Source: the human T2T-CHM13v2.0 reference genome, Homo sapiens
Direction: 5' to 3' (one strand)
NCBI RefSeq assembly: GCF_009914755.1
Contig: NC_060929.1
Length of the DNA stretch: 64,000 nt
How positions within the stretch are numbered: position 1 is the first letter of the stretch; each line of letters starts with the position of its first letter. Below, one piece after another: positions 1-13,370 of this stretch. Both the position numbers and the translations under genes were made by a program. The notes beneath the pieces were generated by a model that worked only from the letters and a program-made list of their open reading frames with translations, made no database searches and was not told the DNA's origin.

Positions 1-559
1 AGAAGAAAATTTTTATTTGATACCATAGCCAATAGCTGCCATTTTACTTAACACTTTAAAGAAATATCCATAACAGGCATTTTAAAATAAACATTATAAT
101 ATGATGTTCTAAAGAGAAGAAATACATTTTCAGGCTGACAACATGGGCATGGAAATATGTAAATAAATGATGTAGGAGATACATATATCAAGTATTCTCT
201 CTGACAGAGTTCTTGGCAAATATATCAGTTCTTAAAGCTTCAGCATATCAGTTGTCTTCAATAAACCAGTAGAGCATTTGCAGAATCAAAAACCATTCAA
301 TGAAACCAAGTGCCTGACCTTTTATAAGTCTTTGGTACACACTGGTTCTTTTATTTTCCAGTATCCCTACAACACAGAAAGACTCTGATATTCCAAGCCA
401 AAGCTAGGCATATTCTGAGGTAGAATGTGTCCATAGGTACAGATATTTTGTCTGTGGAGTACCAACAACTATATGGCCATTGAACAAGCTGACATAAGTG
501 TCATAAAAGAAAATAAGTACTCCCTGATGATTCAGGAAAAGGAAGAATTATATAAATCT

Positions 560-3445
560 AACCAATCTTGCTGAAACTATTCCTAAAACTCAAGGAGGAA
601 AGACTCTTCCCTAACACGTTTTACAAGGCCAGCATCAATCCTCATAGCAAAAACTGGCAGACACACAATGAAAAAAGAAAACTTCAGGTCAGCATCTCAG
701 TGAACATAGAAAAATCCTCAACAAAATACTAGCTAACTGAATCCAGCAGCATATCAAAAAGATAATTCACCACAAACAAGTAAGCTTTATTCCTGTGATG
801 CAAGGTTGGTTCACCATACACAAATAAATAAATGAGTCCCACCATATAAACAGAATCAAGAACAAAAACGATGTGATCATCGCAATAAATGCAGAAAAAG
901 CTTTTGATAAAATCTAACATCACCTCATGATAAAAACCCTCAGCAGATTAGGCACTGAAGGAACATACCTCAAAATAATAAGAGCCATCTATGACAAAAC
1001 AACAGCCTGCATTATACTGAACAGGCAAACTCTAGAAGGATTCTCCTTGAGCGCTAGAACAAGACAAGGATGCCCACCCTCACCATGCCTATTCAATGTA
1101 CTACTGAAAGTTATAGCCAAAGCAATGAAGCAAAAGGAAGAAATAAAAGGAATCTATCTAGGAAAAGAGAAAGTCATACTATCTTTCTTTGCTGATGATA
1201 TGATTCTATATCTAAAAAACCCTACAGACTCTGCCAAAAGGCTTATAGCTAATAAAAAGTTCAGTAAAGTTTCAGGATACAAAATCGATATGAAAAATCA
1301 GTCGTATTTCTACACACCAACAACATTAAAGCTAAGAGCCAAATCAAGAATGCAATCCAACTTAAAATAGTCACAGAAAAAAATAAGTCACCTAGAAATA
1401 TAGCTAGCAAAGGAGACGAAAGATATCTACAAGGAGAACTACAAAACATTTCTAAAATAAATCAGAGATGACACAAATAAATGGAAATATATCCCAGGCT
1501 CATCAGTTGGAAAAATCAGTATCATTAAAATGGCCATACTGCCCAAAGCAATTTACAGATTCAACACTATTCCTAATAAATTACCAATGTCATTTTTCAC
1601 AGGATTAGAAAAAACTATTCTAAAATTCATGTGGAACCATAAAGGAGCCTGAATAGCCAAAGCAATCTTAAACAAAAAGAAGTAAGCTGGAGGTATCATA
1701 TTACCCAACTTCAAACTATACTACAAGGCTACAATAACCAGAATAGCATGGTACTGGTAGAAAAGCAGACACATAGGCCAAAGGAATACAAAACTCATAA
1801 ATAAAGCCACACAACTACAACCATCTGATCTTTGACAAAGTTGACAAAAATAAGCAATGGGAAAAAAGTCCCTGTTCAATAAATGGTGCTGGGAAAACTG
1901 GCTATTCATATGCAGAAGAATGAAACTGGACCCCTACATCTTCACCATGTACAAAAATTAACTCAAGATAGATTTAAAACAACTGTAAGACCTTGATCTA
2001 TAAAAATTCGAGAAGAAAACCTAAAAAATACCCTTCTCCATATTGGCCTTGACAAGGAATTTATGGCTAAGTCCTCAAAAACAATTGCCACAAAAACAAA
2101 AATTGAAATGTGGGACCTAATTAAACTAAAGAGCTTCTGTGCACAGCAAGAAAAACTATTGAGAAAGTAAACAGACAACCCACAGAATGGGAGAAAATAT
2201 TCACAAACAATGCATCTTTAAAAGGCCTCATATTCAGAAGATATAAATAATTTAAGCAATCCAACAAGCAAAAACCAAATGACCTCATTAAAAGAGGGCC
2301 AAAGACGTGAACAAACAGAAGATATACCAGCAGCCAACAAACATCTGAAAAAAAAAATTCATCTTCCCTAATCATCAGAAAGATGAAAATAGAAAACACA
2401 AGGAGATGCCATCTCAAACCTGTCAGAATGGATTTTGTTAAAAAGCCAAAAAAAATAGCAAAACTCCTAAAACCCAAGGATGAGGTTTTTAGCAAAGAAC
2501 AGGACTGATGTAAATTAGCTCAGGCACTGTGGAGAGAAGTTTGGAGATTCCTCAAAGAGCTGACATGAATTACCATTCTACCCAACAACGCCATTACTGT
2601 GTATATACCCAAAGGAAAATAAGTCATTCTACTAAAAAGAACAGGTACCCATATGTTCACTGCAGCAGTATCCACTATAACGAAGACATGCAATCAACCC
2701 AGTTGCCCATCAATGATGTCATGCCTAGTGCCAGGTTCCAGCCAATGATGGGGTCCGAAGGGAGTGGTGGATGAGTGGCAGATAACTGAAAGAACACTTG
2801 GGGCATAGGCAGATGAAGTATGGTTTTATTCAGCAGCTCTCTCATCAGCAGCTCACTCACACTAGTTCTCTCATCAACAGCTCTTTCACATTTTCCATCT
2901 CTGTCCCGGCCACCTGCTCTGGCTCTGGGGTTTCAGCTGCTCAAACACACAACTGCACAACCAGCTCTCCCTTACGGGGTCAGCAGCTTCACTCTCTCCC
3001 TCTCAGGGCACAAGCTGAGCCACGTCCTGGCTTTCCACTGTCTCTCTGCAAGATGGACATCTCTGACTCTCTCTCTTTCTCTGGGAGTGCCCTGAGCCAA
3101 GCCCGGACAGCATCAGCAGGGCAGTTATACCTTTTACAAATAATAGGCTCTGAGCCAGGTATGAACTTATAAAAGCAGGTTATATAACAAGTGGAATTAT
3201 GCACCTGTGCTCCAATCCCACTAAGTCATGCAGGATGTTACCTCAGCATACTCTTGACCAAAGCACATCCATGTAACTTACATATGGTGTATTGGATAAA
3301 GAAAATGTGGTATATATATATCATAAAGTACTACACAGTCATACAGAAGAATGAAATCATTATCCTTTGCAGCAACATAGATGCATCTGGAAACCATTAT
3401 CCTAAGTAAACTAACGCAGAAAGAGAAAACCAAGTACCTCATGTA
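560..3445 (+). mobile_element. Old primate L1 (L1PA15-16/L1PB-like): ORF2 RT/C-terminal region and start of 3'UTR, 5'-truncated, interrupted by an LTR
   Basis: ORF 927-1370 translates as L1 ORF2 RT (RTRQGCP...FFADDMILY). Many stops and frameshifts. L1 sequence resumes after 3282 (TGGATAAAGAAAATGTGG) and ends near 3445. Confidence 0.95.
2717..3282 (-). mobile_element. Solo ERVL LTR, LTR18-like, inserted in the L1
   Basis: Minus strand starts TGTAAGTTACATGGATGTGCTTTGGTCAAG, contains AATAAA and ends CATGACA (TG...CA termini). Degenerate 5-bp TSD AATGA/TATGG. It splits a colinear L1 sequence. Confidence 0.8.
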
Positions 3446-3649
3446 CTAGTAATGCATGTTTTCTCTTTAACTATTACTGAACTATGAGCCTAAGAATTCA
3501 AAAGTATTCAAGATCTCAAATGTACACTTTTGCCAATAGTAGCTTATTATTAGTTCATGAATCATAGTTGCTTTCTGTTTACTTTTATTTACTATAAATA
3601 TTTTTTCTACATGACGTTACTATTCAGACTAGAGAGAGCAGGCTCATTT

Positions 3650-3795
3650 TAGTTTTTTTTAATCAAAAGCTTGAGTGTGTATCAGAGTCACTTGGAGAAT
3701 GTTTCAAAAATGAATAATTATGGCATTACCCTATACCTCCAAAATAAAACTTTATGGGCAAGGCAAAAGGATCTTACTTATAAAGCTCTGACTAT
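3650..3795. mobile_element. MER5-like hAT-Charlie fragment
   Basis: GTGTATCAGAGTCACTTGGAGAATGTTTCAAAAATG resembles the recalled MER5 core; highly diverged. Confidence 0.4.
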
Positions 3796-4337
3796 AGATG
3801 GATTATTAGAGGTTTTGGATTCCACTAACAAATGGCAAATCAATGTTACCATTGGTCTCAAGTAGTTATGAATTGTATTGTTTGTGAAGAAGCTGTCACC
3901 TGTAATCTGTAGGAACAATTTAAGTGTGAAAAATATAATGAGAGCCCATAAATAATGGCTGGGATATTATGGGAATGTACTATAGATCCTTCAGTTAGAT
4001 AAAAGCATAGATGACACATTCCTGATCAAAACGTTAACAATGAAACAGAAAATGAAAAAATGAAATAAATGAATAAGAAAAATGATTTATTGAATGCTTC
4101 TCTATGTCATAAATTGTTAGTCAATAAACATTATATCATTAGTTTAAACAAAAATTCTAACAAGTAACCATTTGTTTTAAAGTTATTCTGATACGGTAAC
4201 AGACTGATTTACTACTATATTCCTTGTAGTCATGTACTGATATGTTTGGATTTGTGTCACCGCCCAAATCTCATGTCTAATTGGAAGAAGGGCCTGGTAG
4301 GAGATGACTGGATTAAGGGGGTAGATTTCCCATTGCT

Positions 4338-4407
4338 GTTCTCATGATAGTGAGTGAGTTCTCATGATAGTGAGTGAGTTCTCATGATAGTGAGTGAGTT
4401 CTCATGA
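4338..4407. repeat. 20-bp tandem repeat x3.5 (GTTCTCATGATAGTGAGTGA)
   Basis: Three perfect units plus a partial unit, read directly. Confidence 0.95.
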
Positions 4408-4450
4408 GATCTGATGGTTTAAAAGTGTATGGCACCTTCCCCTTTGTGTG

Positions 4451-4481
<31 letters not shown>

Positions 4482-4546
4482 GTGCATATTGTAAGATATG
4501 CCTGCTTTCTCTCCACCTTCTGTCATGATTGTAAGTTTCCTGAGGC

Positions 4547-4614
4547 TTCCCAGTAATGCTTACTGTTAAGTCTGAGTAAATTCCCAGTAATGCTTACTGT
4601 TAAGTCTGAGTAAA
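4547..4614. repeat. 34-bp perfect tandem duplication
   Basis: TTCCCAGTAATGCTTACTGTTAAGTCTGAGTAAA at 4547-4580 and 4581-4614. Confidence 0.95.
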
Positions 4615-7110
4615 TTAAATTTCTTCATAAATTACCCAGTCTCAGGTACTTCTTTATAGCATTGTGAGAAATAACTAATACAGAATATTGGCACCAGGAG
4701 TGGGATATTGCTATACAGATACCTGAAAATGTGGAAGCAACTTTGGAACTGGGTAACAGGCAGAGGTTGGAACAGTCGTGAGGGCTCAGAAGAAGATAGG
4801 AAGATGTGGGAAATATTGGAACTTCCTAGAGTATGGTTGTGACCTTGAATACTGATAGTGATATGGACAAAGAAGTCCAGGCTGAGGTGGAGATGAGGAA
4901 CTTACTGGGAACTGGAGCAAAGGTCACTCTTGCTATGCTTTAGCAAAAAAAAAAAAACAAAAACTGGCAGTTTTGTGCCTGTGCTCTAAAGATGTGTTGA
5001 TTTTTGAACTTGAAGACATGATTTAGTGTGATTTAGTGCAACTTAGTGTAACTGGTGGAAGAAATTGTTAAGCAGCAAAGTGTTGAAAATGTAGCCTTGC
5101 TGTTCCTAAAAGCCTATGCCCATTTGCATAAAGAAAGAGAAGGTCTGAAATTGCAACTCATATTTAAAAGGGAGGAAGAGTATAAGAGTTTGAAAAATTT
5201 GCAGCCCACTTATGTGGTAGAAGAGAAAAACCAATTTTCTAGGGAGAATTCAAGCTGGCAGCAGAACACATAAGTAAAGTGAAGACTAATGTTAATAACC
5301 AAGACAGTGGGGAAAATGCCTCGGAGACCTTTGCAGTAGCCCCTCCCATCACAGGCCTGGAGGCCTAGGAGGGAAACATGATTTCATGGGCCAGACCCAG
5401 GAGGGTCCTGCTGCTCTTTGCAGCCTCGGGATATAGTGCGCTGGGTCCCAGCCACTCCAACTTCAGCCGTGACCAAAAGGAGGCAATGTACAGCTCTGGC
5501 TGTTGCTTTAGAGGGTGCAAACCCCAAGCCTTGTCAGCTTCCACGTGGTGTTGGGCCTGCAGGAGCACAGGGATGGAAAGTTGAGGTATGGGAACTTCCA
5601 CCTAGATTTCAGAGGATATATGAAAATGCCTGGATGTCCAGGCAGAAGTCTGCTGCTAGGGCAGAGTCCTCATGGAGAACCTCTACAAGGGCAATGTAGA
5701 GGGGAAATTTGGGGTTGGAGTCCCCACGTGGAATCCCCACTGCCTAGTGGAGCTGTGAGAAGAGGGCAATTATCTTGCAGACACTAGAGTGCTAGATCCA
5801 CCAGTAGCTTGCACTGTTCACCTGGAAAAGATGCAGGCACTCAATGCCAGCCTGAGAAATCAGCTGCAGGGGGTGTACACTGCAGAGGCACAGGGATGGA
5901 GCTGCACAAGGCCTAGGGAGCCCACATCTTGCATCAGTTTGCCCTCGATGTGAGACATGGAGTCAAAGGAGATTACTTTGGAACTTTAAGATTTAATGAC
6001 AGTCCTGAGTGGTTTTGACTTGCATGGAGCTAGTAGCCCCTTTGTTTTGGCCAATTTCTCCCATGGGAAATGAAAGAATTTACACAATACTTGCCTGTAA
6101 CCCCATTGTATCTTGAAAGTAACTAATTTTTTTTTTTAATGGTCTAGGCTCACAGGCAGAAGGGACTTACCTCGCTCACATGAGGCTTTGGACTGTGAAC
6201 TTTTAAGTTAATGCTGAAGTGAGTTAAGACAGGGGGACTCTTTGAGACGGGATAATAGTATTTTGCAATGTGAGAAGCACATGAAGTTTTGGAGGCACCA
6301 GAGGCAGAATGACAGTGTTTGGATTTGTGTCCACAACCAAATCTCATGTCAAATTGGAGGTGGGGCCTGGTGGGAGGTGACTGATCATAGGGTCAGATGT
6401 CCTCCTGTCTGTTCTTATGGTACTGAGTGAGTTCTCATGAGATCTGATGGTTTAAATGTGTGTGGCAATTTCCCCTTTACTTTCTCTCTCTCCTGCCACC
6501 ATGGTAAGTTTTGCCTGGTTGCCTTTCACCTTCCACTATGATTGTAAGTTTCCTGGGACCCCCCCAGTCATGTTTCCTGTTAGGCCTACATAACTGTGAA
6601 TAAATTGAGCCTCTTTATCAAATATATAGTTTGCAAATATATATGTATATATGCCTAGACTCTTGTAAATACAATACTCTTGTAAACACAACCAATATAT
6701 TTCTGGTATGGTTCTTGTTTACAGGTACCAAGACAGACCTGATCATAAAACCAATAACAAAGAATGTCAGAAGTCTTTTACATGGAAGAAGAAAAAAATG
6801 CGAGCAAGAAGGCCTAAGAAAGGAGAGGTTTCAATAGATGGTACACTCGGTTGTTCCCTTAGACCACCTTTGTTAGTCTTCGCCTCAAAGAAAAACATTT
6901 CCACTGAAAACCACATAATCTGGTTTAACAGATTAAATATATAAACTATGATGTGCTGGGAGAACTTCAGCTTTTTTTCCTAGCACTCACCTGATCCCAG
7001 AGATCTTATTCCAACATCTTAAACAGAAGTTAATAATTCTTTATTTGATTTAGAGTTTCAGATTCACTCTAAAGATCTGAGGACATCAGTTTAATTTTTA
7101 GGCTAACCTT

Positions 7111-7430
<320 letters not shown>

Positions 7431-7489
7431 TAAGCAAAACCTATTTAACAAGGGCAAAACTCACAAAATGAATTTAATTTTCATTTACA

Positions 7490-8190
7490 GTCCATTCTTA
7501 AATTCATATCTCTAGCCCTATCATTTTCTATGAGTTGTAGATCTGTTTATTCTGGGGCCCACATGAGATTAACTGATTCTAAACCATTTGAGATTCCATC
7601 TTATGCAGGAATTAATTTTTTTCTCTCCTCCTAAAAATGATACATTATCGTTCTTCCCTAAATAAGTGATTGACACTATAAGCACAATTCCTCAAATCAA
7701 AAAATTAGGAGTCTCTATTTTGACTAATTAGTTATTAAATATATCAATTTAATATTATCCATGTTTAATGCTTAAATATACTTGTATCTATCTTCTTTTT
7801 CCTCTCTGGCCATCATCCCATTTTTTCAGCTATTATTAGCCTCTCATCTGGACCTCTGTCAAATACACATATGATTTGACTCTACCTATGGCTTTTTTTT
7901 CTTCTTACACCAATCTTCAGTGCTGGCACACAGGATACAGGAAGTTTTTAGATATGTTCTCTCTCTCTGGAGTACTGTTCCTTTCCTTGTTTACTTTGTT
8001 ACCTCTTTTTCCTTTTTTTAGATCTCAAATAAGTTGTGACTTCCTCTGATAAATCTTTGGTAATTTCCAGTATAGTGTTAGCTAACCTCGCTTTCTGTTA
8101 GTTACCATACCACCATTTACCTCTCCTTTGTAGCAATTGATACAGGTGCAATATCATAGTTGTTTAGAAAATTTTGATCAATGTTTACAC
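7490..8190 (+). mobile_element. L2 fragment, highly decayed
   Basis: Pyrimidine-rich L2-like motifs (CTCTCATCTGGACC, AAATTAGGAGTC). Confidence 0.45.
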
Positions 8191-8329
8191 CTACTATTTT
8201 ATAATAAAGTCCATGAAAGAAAAGAAAAAATAAGTTGCATTTGTTAAGAATTTGTTTCCAGTTTTGATCAGTGTTATTACACTTTCTACCTTAGCAACTA
8301 ACTGTTTTGGAATGAATATGTGAAGTTTT

Positions 8330-8880
8330 GTTGACAGGTAACAGAGAAAAACAACACTAAGAGCCACAGCCTGGCTGAGTACAATCTGCTTGTCCTTCAT
8401 GTTGCAAAGAGCTGTCAGCCTGGCCCTCAATGCCTTGGTGTTCTCTTGGTGAACATAAGGCATTTCACAGAATATCATCAAACAAGGCCACTCTGTGACC
8501 ATAATAGATCAATAAGAAAAAACAAAACAAAACACTGTGTAATCAAGTCTGACAACTAACAACAAACATTACTATTTTCCTAAGCATAAAAATAACCAAA
8601 TGATAGTTAATAGCTTGAAAGCTGTTTCTTTGCTAATTTCATTTGGCCTCACTCTAATCCTCTTTCCTTCTAGATACACATTATTGTTATTCCCAATCTA
8701 AATTTACTCTCGCTTCCGAACAACACATAAACTATAGGCAAGCTATGCTTCCTCTATCACTCCCAAATCACCTACCACAAGTTTAAATCTTATACATCCT
8801 TTCTAAGATTCCCTAAATGAGAAGCCTCATTATTCCTTGTGGAGTGTTTCTTACGGTCTTTGGCTGGAGAGTATTGGCAG
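8330..8880 (+). mobile_element. ERV1 solo LTR, MER67-like
   Basis: ACAAGGCCACTCTGTGACCAT...GATCAA...GTAATCAAGTCTGA motif recalled from the MER67 family; boundaries approximate. Confidence 0.5.
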
Positions 8881-8947
8881 AGGCAACTTAAAAACCTGTA
8901 TGGATTTCAATCACAGTACAAATTCCACTTGTGCTTTAAGTATGCTG

Positions 8948-8972
8948 ACACACACACACACACACACACACA
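8948..8972. repeat. (CA)n microsatellite
   Basis: Seen directly. Confidence 0.95.
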
Positions 8973-10149
8973 TATCCATATTTGAATGATACAAAACCAA
9001 ATTGACTTGATGTAAAATAATAAATTAACAAGATAATAAAAACTGTCTTTATAATGTATTATACTTAAAGCATGCTAGCCTCTTACCTGCTTAACCTCGT
9101 TCAATTCTTAAAACAATGGTATAAGGGAGATGTTTACCATATTTATTTTATATATGAGGAAATACAGGTTTTGCTGTAAAATCTGAAATTTTTGACACAT
9201 TTGGAAATTGTATATTGACTGTCAGATTATTGAAACAGTCTTAACTACTAAACCACATTGTATGCATACTTAAGTCATGCTTATGAATTTTCTCTTTAAT
9301 CTGTGCAATTTCTATCTCATGACCAAATATCTGAAGTCTAAATAAAGTGGTATATAAAGTGGTATAAAGAAAGTAGTGGAGAAACAACACCAAGTAATTT
9401 AAACTGCACAAATATTTATAGGATAAGTACTATTTGCTAAGTATCAAATAAAAGGTCTCAAATCTCAAGATTCTAGGATAACAATAAAAAACAAATATAT
9501 AGATATTTATAATACAAGACAAAATATAATGTGTTATTAGGCAATTTTCAAGTGCTTTTACAATTCAAAAGAAAGGAGATATTTTACCTGGTCAAAGAAA
9601 TTAGGGCAATTTATTTGGCAATCGTTGACTTTTAATTGAGCTTGAAAACTGCTTAGGATTTTAATAGTGATTATATCTAGAGGAGAAATTGGGTATGGTT
9701 TTTGAATTTTCTTCTTTATAGTTCTTAAAATCTTACTGATACGATAGCTTAAGAGAGTAGTAGAATTTTTGACGGAATGAGTTAGAATAAGAATGTTTAA
9801 CAAAACTGAAAGTTTTATTAGGCTAGGGATCAAATCTGTTTTGCTCACTATGGTAGCTACTACATTAAATGCATAGTGTATGGAGTACTAAATAAATAAT
9901 TAAAATTATGGAAAAGAATGAATAACAGTGAGTTTGGGATGATGTGGAAGGCACTAAGGAATATTGAAGGTATAGGATAAATTTCTATAGTGGAGAGATT
10001 GGTCAGAATACATATCATGATTTTGAGGAGAAATTTGAATTTTTGCCTAAGATCATTTCACTTAATAAATCATGAAAAGCCTTTGACTATTTTTAGTCAA
10101 AGTGTACAGAAATATAATAATTTCAAATATATGCCTTTTTAAGTTTAAA

Positions 10150-10650
10150 ATATATTTCAAAATATGGCTACTTGGCATACTGAGTATTTTAAGCTGAAGG
10201 AATTTGAGAAATGAACAGAAGCATGAAAGTCTCTCTGACCTTCTTCTATCAATTTCCCCTGAAGTAGGCCAGAAAAGAATTCTTTGACCTTTCTCTAAAG
10301 TGGGTCATAGACACTCATTCCAGAGGTGGTCCTCCTATATTCAGAGGAAAAGAATGTCCTTATCTCTAAAGACCATGCGATACAAAGAACAATCTGAACC
10401 AACTCAGATACACTGCTCAATTCCCTGCGGTGTATTACCATTAGATCATTCCCTTTTGTCCTCCAATCATACTTGTACCTGATTGCTCATAAAAATATGC
10501 AGACTAATCTATTTATTTGGGTCTTCATTTCCGAAGGCTCTCATGTCCCATAAAACTGATATTTCTCTTATTATTTTATCTTTTATTATAGGTGTCTCAG
10601 CCATGAATTTGGCAACAAGTGAGAAAAAGATACACTTTTTCTCTCCTACA
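10150..10650 (+). mobile_element. ERV1 solo LTR, LTR37-like
   Basis: CAAAATATGGCTACTTGGCATACTGAGTATTTTAAGCTGAAGG near the start and TTTTCTCTCCTACA at the end, typical of MER4-group LTRs. Confidence 0.65.
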
Positions 10651-12254
10651 TGTATATATGGTAAATATTTTAATAGCATAAGTAGCATTACACACTCATA
10701 CTGCAGTGAGCTCAATAAAAGTCAGTGAAGGATGGTGAATACTGATAACGATGGCTATGATGTTGATGAGAACATGATTAGACAGGTGTTTAATATGATA
10801 GTTTGTTAAGATCCACTTTAAATAGATTGACTTCTCAGAGGCTTGCATAGATTGAGAACATTAACTGGATGATAAGTGCCTTGAGAATAAGACCCACATC
10901 TTAAGAATCCTTATAGACAGTAAAATTACGACTTGACTAATAGTCATTAAATGTAGAGGTAAATAGAATTTTTGTGAATATTAATTTCAAATCATCTTAA
11001 AAGTATTCTGTGAAAATGGTGACTATTTTAGTAATAAACATTTCTTTAAGAAAACAATCTGTTTACTTAATATATAAAGTCAGTAATGTATATCATAGGA
11101 AGAATTTCTTAACTTTCATGAGTAGAGAGATTGATAACTGGAAACAGTGCTGAGAAGATATATTAATCTACAACAAGAATACTTAAATTATACAAGATTG
11201 TCAGATTTTATTTTAAAAAGAAATCAGTGATGGTCTTTCTACAAGTACTATAATTTAATTCTGAAAACAGAAAGATTGAAGATTTAAAATTTGGTAAATA
11301 TTAATTAAGCAAATAATTCATATAGCTATGTTAATGACTACATAATGACAATGTTAAATTCATCTGAAAGATAAAGATCACAAATATTGATGGACCTATC
11401 AAAATTATAAAGATAAAAGTAAAATATTGATTAAAATAAGAGTGAGAAACTAAAAAGTCTACCAAAATAGCAGTGGATGATTCTCTCATGTATATCTCAG
11501 TTATTGATTACTGAACCAGAGAAGAAGGAAGAGAGAGAGCAGACAGGTGTCAGGTGGGAGAAAAAGGAGAAGGGGAAGAAAAGACATAAATTATTTTTCT
11601 GTTTTGTCTATTTTCACTGCGTTATTCCCAGCAACTAAAAGGGTATGTGGTGCACCAAAAGTGTTCAGTCTTTTCAGTGAAATAGTGAACCAAGAGATTA
11701 GTTTTATTTTCCTGCAAGATTCATTATGTGAAAACTTAAAACCTAAGAAAGAGTTTGAAAGTTTACTAATATGAGAAAAGATAGGGACGTTTTAGACTAC
11801 CCTAAAAATTCACAAGTATGAAATGCTGGGTATTAAGTTGATAGATTGTTGTTAATAATTGATATGTCAAAAAAATTCAGTACTGAAATTTGAGAAATCC
11901 CTGAGTAGACTAAGGCATATCTTCCTTTTTAGTTCAGAAATGAAATGACAGTTAAAAATAATATACTAGCAACCATACAGGAAGATGGAATTAATATTTA
12001 AATTTTTAAAAATGAAATAAGCACAAAATTCCATTTTAAACAATGAATAAAACATAATAAAAACTTTTTACAAATCTGCAATATATGTAAACACGTTTCT
12101 ATAACCTTATACAAAAGCCTTTAAAAGTGATTTTGCACAATAGCAACACTAAGCAAGAAATTTGAGTGAAAAATGCATATGAAAAAGAATTCAAGATGAT
12201 CAATACACACATGAAAAGTTATTTAACCTCACTAGTAACCAGAGTAAGTTTACA

Positions 12255-12790
12255 TGGTTCTCTGTATTATATTGAGAGTGATTGAAAATACAGACAATGC
12301 TCAGTTTTAAGAGAGGAATTAGCCTGTGAAAAAGCCCTGATAAGATAAAGTTTAACATGCTCAAGGCATGAAAGACAGCCAGTGTTTCTGGAATACAATA
12401 AATGAAAGAGAAAACTTAAGCCATTGTAGACTACAGGAAAGAGGTAGATTTATTTTGAAGTGAAATTGAGATATTCTTAAAGTTGTATGCAGGCAAATGA
12501 TAGACTTTGTTTAAATTTTTGAAAGATGATTGTGGCTATTGTGTGAGGATTATATGAGAGCAACAGAAGTGTGGCAGCTCATTAGGTGGTGTCAACGTTA
12601 TTCTATGTGAAAGATCATGACGTTCTGTACCATATCATATCTGTGAATATGGAAGAGAAGAATAGAGAAACCTTTGGGAGGCCTAATTTTCAGATCTGGC
12701 TACTCAGTTGATATAAAGAATGAGGGGTGAAGAAAGAACAAGCCTTATTTCCTGGTTGAATACCACAAAATGCTGCTGCTGATGATGAAA
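12255..12790 (-). mobile_element. L2 fragment
   Basis: Purine-rich L2 antisense motifs (AGCCAGTGTTTCTGGA, AAAGATGATTGTGGCTATTGTGTG). Confidence 0.6.
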
Positions 12791-12889
12791 CAAAAACATT
12801 AACAAGAATTTAATCAACAAACGGTGGTCATGCCAAAAATTATTTAAGACAACACACTGCAAAAGGAAGTACAAAGTAAATAAGTTTTG

Positions 12890-13370
12890 AAATCTTAAAG
12901 TTTATACTAAAAGAAACTAAAAAGAGATTTTGACAAATTTAGAAACAATCCTAGAATTTGCATAGCATTTCCAATAACAAGATTGAAGCTGAAAGAAACC
13001 TTTCTAAACATTAACTAATAATAAAGGTCTTCATCAACCATGCTAGAAGAAAGACTGAATTACATTTTGTATTTTTGTAGAGACAATGCTATTATACAAT
13101 TGTCATCATATGACATGGTAATCAGAAAAAATACAAACAAAATGTAAGAAAATGTATTATAGAGGTTGGTGAGAAAGTTAAATGGTGAAAATATGATTTT
13201 AAAAATATTTCTGGTGTTCAAAATTTGTAATTTTATAAAATTGGCTATTCATTGTGATTTATATAGTAATGTTTGGACTTAATGTGACAATTGCAATTTT
13301 GCCTTTTTGTTTTTTTACACAGAGGACACATCAAATTTTCTAACTTTCAAAACCTGATACACCTAAAGCA
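12890..13370 (+). mobile_element. hAT-Tip100 DNA transposon remnant (MER115/Zaphod-like) with decayed transposase C-terminus
   Basis: GAAGCTGAAAGAAACCTTTCTAAA (EAERNLSK) and TCAACCATGCTAGAAGAAAGACTGAAT (STMLEERLN) match the hAT dimerisation-domain motif. Confidence 0.75.

Larger units (their letters stand above)
4238..6620 (+). mobile_element. Near full-length MaLR element (MSTA/THE1D-like): 5'LTR 4238-4682, internal 4683-6309, truncated 3'LTR 6310-~6620
   Basis: 5'LTR runs TGATATGTTTGG...ACTAATACA. Internal start GATACCTGAAAATGTGGAAGCAACTTTGGAACTGGGTAACAGGCAGAGG. Purine-rich tract precedes a second homologous LTR at 6310. Confidence 0.93.

Noticed and set aside
927-1370. 147-aa ORF with an RT motif, and the similar ORF at 62577-62984
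   Set aside because: Fragments of dead L1 ORF2 bounded by stops and frameshifts; not genes or a novel RT system.
4338-4407. Regular 20-bp repeats superficially like a CRISPR array
   Set aside because: Units are contiguous with no spacers, inside a primate LTR.
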